Shown here: piece after piece, positions 44,722 through 51,997 of the stretch
Layout: each line of letters starts with the position of its first letter
How positions within the stretch are numbered: the first letter of the stretch is position 1
Position numbers and translations under genes: made by a program
DNA from: a virus
Taxonomy: Duplodnaviria; Heunggongvirae; Uroviricota; Caudoviricetes
DNA: 64,000 nt
Virus record (IMG/VR): IMGVR_UViG_3300017565_000017
Span: 128,779-192,778 of that record
Reading direction: 5' to 3' (one strand)
Notes under the pieces: generated by a model
Seen by the model: only the letters and a program-made list of their open reading frames with translations
Told to the model about the DNA's origin: nothing
Databases searched by the model: none

Positions 44722-45615
44722 TTACTTTCTCCGGAAGTAGAGACTTGTGTAAGGGGGAATGTCTTGGTCGGAAAAGATCGTGTAATCCGGAGTATACTCC
44801 GGGGCGCGCTGGAGGGCGTATCCGTTGAACGGGAACGGCGTGTATATGCGCGAATACGCGGACAGTGGCTTCAGTCCCTTGCTGAGAATGCCGTGTGTCA
44901 CATAGAGGTTTAGCGAAGCAGGCATATAGGATGCCACGGCCTCGGCTAGACCTGCAAACGTGCCTCCGCCGTCGCAGATATCGTCGCAGACCAGAATGTG
45001 CTTTCCGCAAATAGCGGATCCGCCGCTGATCGTCATGGGGCCGATTTCGCCAGTGGCCTCGTTACGATTCTTCTGGGCGTACAGAACAGTCTGGATGCCG
45101 TATTTGTGTGCGATCTGTTGCGTGGCTTTCACAGCCCCGAGATCCGGAGCCACCAACACCACGTCCTTCAGCTCCACATCTTCCTTGAGCATCCGGCGGA
45201 TGAAATTGTCCACGTATTCGGCGCGGTCCACGACCACCACACGGTCAATGAGACTCGTGCTCACGCCCGAATGGGGGTCGCTCACCGTGACCGTTGACCA
45301 CTTCATGGCGTTGATAAGCCACGAGAACGCCTTAATCGAGAGCGTAGCGTTGTTGTCGGCACTGGAACGGCGGTCTTGACGCGCATACGGAATGTATGGC
45401 ATCATGAGATGTGGCATGACCCCACCCAAGTTCTGGTAGTACTCGGCCAGAAGCATGAGCGCCATGATGTCATCACTGGATTCAAGCTGAGCTCGCACTG
45501 AGAGTGCCGGTCCCTGAGGGATTTGCGGAAGGCGCAGCTCGCCACCGGGGTAACGCTCCGGCTGTATATAGGACAAAGTGCCGTCAGTGCCGACGACTAC
45601 GATCTGGTTAATCAC
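44722..45615 (-). CDS. ribose-phosphate pyrophosphokinase-like protein (Prs/Adps)
   Basis: YPGGE, MPYIPYARQDR, DPHS, VAPDLGA, DDICDGGGTF, YVTHGILS. Confidence 0.92.
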   Translation of the reverse strand: MINQIVVVGTDGTLSYIQPERYPGGELRLPQIPQGPALSVRAQLESSDDIMALMLLAEYYQNLGGVMPHLMMPYIPYARQDRRSSADNNATLSIKAFSWLINAMKWSTVTVSDPHSGVSTSLIDRVVVVDRAEYVDNFIRRMLKEDVELKDVVLVAPDLGAVKATQQIAHKYGIQTVLYAQKNRNEATGEIGPMTISGGSAICGKHILVCDDICDGGGTFAGLAEAVASYMPASLNLYVTHGILSKGLKPLSAYSRIYTPFPFNGYALQRAPEYTPDYTIFSDQDIPPYTSLYFRRK

Positions 45616-45965
45616 GTAGCACTCCTGAAGAATTCGTTGTAGTGGGTGTCGCTTAGAACTAGATGCTGACCTTCACCCATCGAGATCACCCAGTCGCCGG
45701 GGCTTACGAACAGCTTACCCTTCTGAGAGTCAATGACCCCCATCACGTTGTGGGTCCACCACGGGTAGTCCTTCGAGCACCCGCACGTACCGAGGCCCGC
45801 AGACACTTCATCGTAGGACGTGGGGCGCACAGACGGATGGTCGTTGCATTCCCGTGCAAGCTTGGGGCGTCCCTTACCCTGAGCAGCATCTTTTGGGAGA
45901 GCGTTCCAGCGTATAGCCAGAAATGGAGTGTTCGGTTCAATCGTCACAGGCACGGCAGTAATCAT
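45612..45965 (-). CDS. hypothetical protein
   Basis: Coupled ORF. Confidence 0.65.
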   Translation of the reverse strand: MITAVPVTIEPNTPFLAIRWNALPKDAAQGKGRPKLARECNDHPSVRPTSYDEVSAGLGTCGCSKDYPWWTHNVMGVIDSQKGKLFVSPGDWVISMGEGQHLVLSDTHYNEFFRSAT

Positions 45966-46258
45966 TTCTCAACCTCCATGAGGATATAAATCTTGCCCGT
46001 GTCGAAATACACCGACTGGCGGACGATCTTGGTGTAGCCCTGCCGCTGAGCCCACGACTGAGGGGAAATCTCAGAAATGGTAGATTGTGTGCGGGAAGCC
46101 GACGCTCCATCCACACGGCACTGGCCGACGCCAATCTGTTCGCAAACCAGTAGAGCTCGCCCTTCCTGAATTTCCAGCTTAGGGGTTTGCTGGGGCGCGG
46201 CGGTCGCGGGCAGTGCTAGGAACAGAGGCAACAACAGCCCGAACAGTTTCAAGTTCAC
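45962..46258 (-). CDS. exported small protein
   Basis: Signal peptide KLFGLLLPLFLALPATA-APQ; start uncertain. Confidence 0.55.
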   Translation of the reverse strand: MNLKLFGLLLPLFLALPATAAPQQTPKLEIQEGRALLVCEQIGVGQCRVDGASASRTQSTISEISPQSWAQRQGYTKIVRQSVYFDTGKIYILMEVEK

Positions 46259-46670
46259 GATCAATTTCTCCAAGCATCCAATCAATCCAGGCCATGCGGG
46301 TCTGGCGCATCTTGTCACGATATTCGTGTTCCGGCAGGTGGGCAACCAAATCCAGATGGATATTCTTCATCCAGACATCCAAGTACACGTAGTCTTTATA
46401 GCGAACACGGCCCTTGGGAGTCGTACCGACCTTCACCCGGAGCATGTCAAGAATCCAATCCCGTACCCGATGGCGCGATTTTTCAAAACGGTCGTAGATT
46501 ACAGAGTACGGCCCAGCTTGCTGATGGCTCCGGAGTTCGCTCGATGCGCGAAAGAGCGCAAAGCAAATGTATCGCTCCGCGCCCGATTCGATGTGGGTCC
46601 TGGCCTGTTTCAGCATCTGCTGGTCAGCTCGGAGATCGCTTTCGGTAAGAACCGGGGATTTCTTGCTCAC
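46179..46670 (-). CDS. hypothetical protein
   Basis: Coupled ORF. Confidence 0.6.
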   Translation of the reverse strand: MSKKSPVLTESDLRADQQMLKQARTHIESGAERYICFALFRASSELRSHQQAGPYSVIYDRFEKSRHRVRDWILDMLRVKVGTTPKGRVRYKDYVYLDVWMKNIHLDLVAHLPEHEYRDKMRQTRMAWIDWMLGEIDRELETVRAVVASVPSTARDRRAPANP

Positions 46671-47104
46671 GAACGTCTCCGGAGTAGACCCTGGCGCTCA
46701 TCCGCGAGATCAGAGTCAGTCATATATTGAGGCCCCATCTTATTACCGACGGGGCCAACTCGGGCCTGCATTTCCTTGGTACGCTGGAGGGCGGCGGCTT
46801 CGCGCTCTGCCATTTCACCATCGTATTTCGGTTCTGCGACCACCTTGGGGGCCGGGTCGGCCTTGGCCGGTAGGCGCTGGTTAATCGCCATATTAAGGCG
46901 CGGGCCAAAGCGCATCAATTGCGCCGTTTGTGCGGCCTTTTGGCGGATACCTGGGGCCGCAGTAGTGCCGGGGCGGGCAAAGCCCCCGGTAAGGCTACGC
47001 AAGCGCTTTAGGTTTTGCGCCAGAGCCTTATCAAGGACTTCATGCTCCCGGAGCTTGCGCTCCCGATCCCGTTGTGCCAGCAATTTCTGTCGTTTTGATG
47101 CCAT
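46667..47104 (-). CDS. basic hypothetical protein
   Basis: GGAAAG SD; Arg/Ala-rich. Confidence 0.65.
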   Translation of the reverse strand: MASKRQKLLAQRDRERKLREHEVLDKALAQNLKRLRSLTGGFARPGTTAAPGIRQKAAQTAQLMRFGPRLNMAINQRLPAKADPAPKVVAEPKYDGEMAEREAAALQRTKEMQARVGPVGNKMGPQYMTDSDLADERQGLLRRRS

Positions 47105-47615
47105 ATCGTTCTTTCCATTTATTTAGTTCTTCTTGTACGCCTGCATACGTCTCACGGATTTTACGTTGTTCTTCCTGGTACGCGGCTAGGCGCTTGTCGG
47201 ACTCCTTCCGCAGCCACACTTCGCGCTTGTCGTCATCGAGGTAGAGGCGGCGTCTGACGAATTCGTGAAACGTCAAATCAGGCATAACATCCGACAAGTG
47301 GAGAAAGCGCTGATAGCGCTCTTGCCCACGGGTCAACTTGGGGCGCTTGGCGCTGTGCGTCTTCACATACTGGCGGCCAGCTTCCGTGACAAAGAACCAC
47401 GGGCTACCGCCCGAGATAGCGGTGGCCGGACGCTCTTTCATGAGCCCGAGCTTCAGCATCTGCTGAATGTACTGCCAATCGTGGTGGCCTTCGCTCGCAA
47501 CAAAGTGATTGCGAAACCCTTCCGGGCGGCTCGGGTCACGGCTTTCACCGTATTCGTCAAAGCCGATGGTATGTTGGAGGATCGACAGGAACCGCTTGTT
47601 GAATTCAGTCGTCAC
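47040..47615 (-). CDS. phage hypothetical protein (winged-helix-like)
   Basis: RNHFVA...M-x-x-x-GLM...FFVTEAGR...LTRGQERYQRFL. Confidence 0.6.
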   Translation of the reverse strand: MTTEFNKRFLSILQHTIGFDEYGESRDPSRPEGFRNHFVASEGHHDWQYIQQMLKLGLMKERPATAISGGSPWFFVTEAGRQYVKTHSAKRPKLTRGQERYQRFLHLSDVMPDLTFHEFVRRRLYLDDDKREVWLRKESDKRLAAYQEEQRKIRETYAGVQEELNKWKERYGIKTTEIAGTTGSGAQAPGA

Positions 47616-47859
47616 GGGTATAAGCCTTGAGAAACGCCATCACGTTGGGATGCTGCTCGCTCTTGGTCGTATCCGACTGGCAGTCATGCTCACTTACGGT
47701 GATGGCACCGTTAGTAGCCAACTGCACTTCCATGACATACGTAGGAAACGTAAAGCGGAGCAACTGCTCGGAACCTGCCAGACTCGCATTGGAAAACACG
47801 ACACCGATAGCCATGGCTTCACGGCTATTAAGGATGTCGCCTACTCGTTCAGAAAGCAT
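47605..47859 (-). CDS. hypothetical protein
   Basis: ORF in operon. Confidence 0.5.
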   Translation of the reverse strand: MLSERVGDILNSREAMAIGVVFSNASLAGSEQLLRFTFPTYVMEVQLATNGAITVSEHDCQSDTTKSEQHPNVMAFLKAYTRDD

Positions 47860-47863
47860 GCGC

Positions 47864-48214
47864 TTAACCTCCGATGAAGATCATGTTGTGGTGGACCGAA
47901 ATCGGCACGTAGGCACCCATAGCCGACAGACCCGGCTTCTCGTAGTACTCGGTGAGGAACTCGTTGGCCTGCTTGGGGGTAATTTTCAGGCAGCCGCGCA
48001 CCCGATAGTTCACGTCGGTGGGAGTTCCATGGGCGACGCTCGGGACTTCATGACGAACATGGAGCAGTAGAGCTCGGCCCGTACCATGGGTCGCAAACTT
48101 CAGGATCTTGCGCGTTTCGGTAACGGAGGCGATACCCTGGACCGAAGCTTCTGCCTCGCTCTGGGGCAGAACGGGCAGCGTGTCAAGGGTGAGGATTTGG
48201 TTGGGAGTGGTCAT
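47864..48214 (-). CDS. hypothetical protein
   Basis: First gene after promoter. Confidence 0.6.
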   Translation of the reverse strand: MTTPNQILTLDTLPVLPQSEAEASVQGIASVTETRKILKFATHGTGRALLLHVRHEVPSVAHGTPTDVNYRVRGCLKITPKQANEFLTEYYEKPGLSAMGAYVPISVHHNMIFIGG

Positions 48215-48253
48215 GCAGAACCTATACAGCTAGGGGGTTTACGGGTTAGGCAA

Positions 48254-48282
48254 ATAATACAGCGCCGGGGCCGGTATGTAAA
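48254..48282 (-). promoter_or_regulatory. sigma70-type promoter in TC/GA-free tract 48219-48297
   Basis: TTTACA-17 nt-TATTAT. Confidence 0.7.
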
Positions 48283-48285
48283 GGG

Positions 48286-48756
48286 TTAAGCGGGCTGAAC
48301 GGCGTATCGCTTCTGGAAGTCTTCAACGTTCACGAAGGATTTGAATTCGTCCAATGACTGGGTGTCGTGAAGCTCAATGGAGCCATCCGCCATACGCCGA
48401 ATCGCCATGCGACCCGCACCTACGTAAGTGACGCCGCTGACAGAAATGGCGGTAACGAGGCGTTCCAGGGTTTCCGGAGTCAGGAAATCCAAGCAGTCTT
48501 CCCGAGCATACGCCTTGCGGAAGTTTTCCAGGGAGGAGAAAAGCTCATCCTGGCTGCGGAAGCCACCTACGGGGACGCGGGTAATGGATACCGACTGGTC
48601 ACCGGGCAGACGGGTCACTTCATAAGTGTGAGTGTCGTCCACAAATGCGATGAGTTGCTGACCTCCCCAGGGGAGCAGAGTAAGCATATCGGCAAGGTGG
48701 AGGGCGAGGGAACGCGTGAGAAGAATGCCGACTTCGGGGTCGCGGGACAGACTCAT
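48286..48756 (-). CDS. hypothetical protein
   Basis: AGGAT SD; first gene after promoter. Confidence 0.7.
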   Translation of the reverse strand: MSLSRDPEVGILLTRSLALHLADMLTLLPWGGQQLIAFVDDTHTYEVTRLPGDQSVSITRVPVGGFRSQDELFSSLENFRKAYAREDCLDFLTPETLERLVTAISVSGVTYVGAGRMAIRRMADGSIELHDTQSLDEFKSFVNVEDFQKRYAVQPA

Positions 48757-48793
48757 TTGAATATCCTATACGGTTAGGGTTTACGGTGTAGCT

Positions 48794-48822
48794 ATTATAT
48801 AGCGGCTGGCCCATAAACGCAA
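48794..48822 (-). promoter_or_regulatory. sigma70-type promoter in TC/GA-free tract 48765-48868
   Basis: TTGCGT-17 nt-TATAAT. Confidence 0.7.
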
Positions 48823-48854
48823 ACGGGGCAAGCCCTTTTTATAGGCTTGCCCCG
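48822..48854 (-). terminator. hairpin terminator immediately upstream of promoter
   Basis: CGGGGCAAGCC-TATAAAAAG-GGCTTGCCCCG then TTTG. Confidence 0.65.
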
Positions 48855-48859
48855 GTGTT

Positions 48860-49537
48860 TTAGGCGCGACCGATAGCGCGGTTCAGCATCGCAACAGTCT
48901 TGGGGAAGTTATCCGAATCCAGGACATGCAGCAGATACAGAACTTGGCGCTTGCGCAATTGGTCTTGCGACTGTACTTCGTTCTTGACGTCGATATCGTC
49001 TTTGCCGTCAGCGAGACGATCAGCCCACGCCTTAAAGCGGGGTTCCAGGCCGTTTGCCGGGTCTTCCGATTCTTGCGACTTGCCGTTGAGGCTAATGTAT
49101 TCCTCAGGCTGGTCAACCTTACCATCTTGACCAACGATGGTGACGTTAGCCATGGCGATAGTGCGGGCGGAACCGGCTGCGGCGACGTTATCTTCCTTGG
49201 CTTTCAGGCGAGCGTGCTCACGCTTGGCTTCCGGCTTTGCCAGAAGGCGCGTGGCCGTCTGGTCGTCGATCAGAACAATCAGCTCCTTAAATAGAGCATC
49301 GCGGAATTCATTGCTCGTAAGAATTTGCTCACGTGTAAACTTGATGTTAACGCGCTGAGGGAGCCACGTTTGTAGGATCACCAGAGGATCCGTACGGTCA
49401 CCACGTAGTTGCTGGATACCGATAATAATATTACCGGCGTCTCGAATACGTGAGCGCTTACTGTTGTTTAGGACCCAAATGGGTTCGTTGGGTTTTTGAG
49501 CCTCAACGTCGAAAATACTTAGAGTCTTGACTGCCAT
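48860..49537 (-). CDS. hypothetical protein
   Basis: AAGGA SD; 225 aa. Confidence 0.75.
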   Translation of the reverse strand: MAVKTLSIFDVEAQKPNEPIWVLNNSKRSRIRDAGNIIIGIQQLRGDRTDPLVILQTWLPQRVNIKFTREQILTSNEFRDALFKELIVLIDDQTATRLLAKPEAKREHARLKAKEDNVAAAGSARTIAMANVTIVGQDGKVDQPEEYISLNGKSQESEDPANGLEPRFKAWADRLADGKDDIDVKNEVQSQDQLRKRQVLYLLHVLDSDNFPKTVAMLNRAIGRA

Positions 49538-49539
49538 GG

Positions 49540-49824
49540 TTAATCCTTTTTCATTAAAGACTGGCGGAGCCTGTCAAATATCACTGGAGACTCAACAGGG
49601 CTCGCTATTTCAGAGCCTGCCAATCCGTTGAGTATCTTGCTCAGTTCCTCGTTAGTAGGCAGTGGAGCACCAACTAACGCGGCTAAATCTTCTGGAGGTA
49701 AGAGTTTAGCGTCATCATCGTACATACAGATTCCTGTATCTCTGTGACGCCAAAAGCATGCCCCTCTATGGAGTGGGCAACTGGAAGTAGCCAGCTCACG
49801 CTCCACAACGCAGCAGAACGTCAT
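49540..49824 (-). CDS. Cys-rich hypothetical protein
   Basis: CPL-x-x-G-x-C-x-W...C. Confidence 0.6.
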   Translation of the reverse strand: MTFCCVVERELATSSCPLHRGACFWRHRDTGICMYDDDAKLLPPEDLAALVGAPLPTNEELSKILNGLAGSEIASPVESPVIFDRLRQSLMKKD

Positions 49825-50828
49825 GCTCTTCTCCTAAGTATCGACCGTCTCAGCTTTAAAACAGCCGCCCGATCGTCGTCATTTATCTCGGTTTGGGTAT
49901 CGAGCCATGCCTTAAAGAATTCCGTTGTATCTACGGTAATCTGCTCAGACTGAGCTAAGTCTTCGGATAATACCGACTCTAGCTCTTCCCTTGACTTATA
50001 CCCGGTTGTTTTAACAACATTTGTCTTTGAGGCCCATTCCGAAACATCGACATCTGCACCGTCACGTAGAATAAGCTTAACCAAGTCTTTCTTATCGTCA
50101 GGAATAAGCTCCAGGTCTCGCTTCGATTTGACTACGATGTTGTGCAACCGATACTCGGGTCTAGTGCGGATACTTTCTATGTCAAAGTCTTTAACCGACT
50201 CAAACCGAATATGGTGAAAGTATTTCTTAATACCTTCACCGAAGTTCTGCTGAAATGGTGTCCCTGAGAAATAAGTATTCCGCACTACTTGGTTCGTATG
50301 AAGATGCCCTGCAACGATAACTGCGTTACCTGCATAAAGACCCTCAGGATCCATTTCACGACCTGAATCGGATTTAGATCCCGCAGTCTCTATGTGAGCA
50401 ACGTTGAGCATACGCTTTGAAAACGCACGGCTAGGCCACGGCAAGAACCGCACACCCACACCATCAATCTCAACATCAGTCGGTTCTGTGTACACATGAG
50501 TATTGGGTATCATGTCAAGCCAGTCCACCAACAATTCTAGGGAGTGACCCGCGCTAGAATCTGGCGCAAACTTATCATGGTTGCCCAAAATAATATGAAA
50601 CTCAACAGAGGGGTTTGACCGGAGTAGCTTAGTAAACGCGGTATACGCTTCATAGGACATGCGAGGTGAGTCGCAGAGGTCGCCATAGAAGATTACGCGA
50701 TCTATGCCCCGTTTTGTGCCCCAATCCACGATTTTCTGCACTTCACGACATATAACCGTATTACCGTTCGGGACCAATTTAGTGAATGGGCCGTCTAGAT
50801 GTAGGTCACCGCACCCTAGGGCTTCCAT
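49821..50828 (-). CDS. sbcD: SbcD/Mre11-family nuclease subunit (gp47-like)
   Basis: GDLHL, GDLCD, GNHD, GHLH, YFSGTPFQQNFGE. Confidence 0.9.
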   Translation of the reverse strand: MEALGCGDLHLDGPFTKLVPNGNTVICREVQKIVDWGTKRGIDRVIFYGDLCDSPRMSYEAYTAFTKLLRSNPSVEFHIILGNHDKFAPDSSAGHSLELLVDWLDMIPNTHVYTEPTDVEIDGVGVRFLPWPSRAFSKRMLNVAHIETAGSKSDSGREMDPEGLYAGNAVIVAGHLHTNQVVRNTYFSGTPFQQNFGEGIKKYFHHIRFESVKDFDIESIRTRPEYRLHNIVVKSKRDLELIPDDKKDLVKLILRDGADVDVSEWASKTNVVKTTGYKSREELESVLSEDLAQSEQITVDTTEFFKAWLDTQTEINDDDRAAVLKLRRSILRRRA

Positions 50829-51499
50829 TTCCCACCCTCCCACACCGAAGTATACTCACCAACCCAACCTTTGTAGTTTGAGCGTTCGCCCCGACACACT
50901 TCTCGCATGGAAGAGGCTGCCAACCCATGATCTTTGCAGAATTGACTTAGATTTCGACCAGCGTGTACTGTTCCGTCTGGATCGATGATTCGGAATTCCA
51001 TGCTACGCTTATAAGCTATAAGCGCTAGATGTTCGTGGGTTAGCTTAGACCTACCCGTTAGCTTCAGGGAAGCAGCGGCTTTTGAAGCGTCTAACTCTTT
51101 AGTTCTCCCAGATAAGGCGGAGCTTATCTTTCGTTTCGAGCGCTCTACGCCACCGTTTAGCATTTTCTCTTCCAGATTCACGGAAGCCAGCACAAACCTA
51201 CAATTCCCGATACAGTAGTCACCACTATCTGAGGGTCGAGCCATCTGATACTGGTCCATCCTAAGGCCAATCTGGGTCGGATGCTTAATACCCGCAGCTT
51301 TCGCTAGATTCATATAGTCTATGAACGATAAAAGGCACGTCACCCCTCTACGAGTAGCATTTGCGGATAAGGCTTTCCATTTCTTACGCCACTCAGAAAA
51401 GTCGGCTCTCTGGAATCCTAGCGTAACAATATACTCTTTTCTATAATTGGAAAGCTCGGATTTATTTAGCCCGAGCTCTTCGATTGAGTATACGGCCAT
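50816..51499 (-). mobile_element. free-standing HNH (His-Me finger) homing endonuclease with NUMOD-like C-terminus
   Basis: MARPSDSGDYCIGNCRF...N; KISSALSGR repeats; GRNLSQFCKDHGL...SM-x-x-VCRG-x-R-x-x-YKGW HTH; AT-rich. Confidence 0.75.
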
Positions 51500-51933
51500 T
51501 AGCCCACCTGTTCCGTACCCGGTGCGCCCTTAGGAACTCTGAACCAGTTGGACTCAATCGCCACCAGCAGATCCCCAGGCTCAAAATCCGCGTAAGAGCC
51601 TGACGCAACGTAATACGAGCCCACAGGATAGGTATTCGGCGGAAACAGATGGTTGACGCTTTCGTTGGGGTCCCAGTCGCCCTGTTTCTCACCCAGAGGC
51701 ACTGTAAGTTCGAGCAGCGTTACGGGTCTGGTGAATTGCTGATAATACTGAACAGCCAACTCGGCGGTACGCAGCAGATCCAGCGCATACTGCTCAGCAA
51801 CCACATAGTGACGCCCCGCACCGGCTTCCGTCATACGGTTCAGGACTCCGTTCACACTTGCCAAGGCTTGGGAAGTTCGGATGGCCAGAGGCTCCATCGG
51901 GTTGTAATTGGAGGGTACGTACTTCTTAACCAT
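51499..51933 (-). CDS. hypothetical protein
   Basis: AAGGA SD. Confidence 0.65.
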   Translation of the reverse strand: MVKKYVPSNYNPMEPLAIRTSQALASVNGVLNRMTEAGAGRHYVVAEQYALDLLRTAELAVQYYQQFTRPVTLLELTVPLGEKQGDWDPNESVNHLFPPNTYPVGSYYVASGSYADFEPGDLLVAIESNWFRVPKGAPGTEQVG

Positions 51934-51997
51934 GTTGAAATAATCCTTGTTAGGGGACGCGGACTAGAGCCGCATACCCCTTCTATTTAAGGTTTTA

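Noticed and set aside
42221-44740. 839-aa plus-strand ORF, and others such as 24820-26313, 5715-6749, 22555-23508, 23710-24639 and 40700-41650
   Set aside because: Antisense shadows of codon-biased minus-strand genes; no SD, no recognisable motifs
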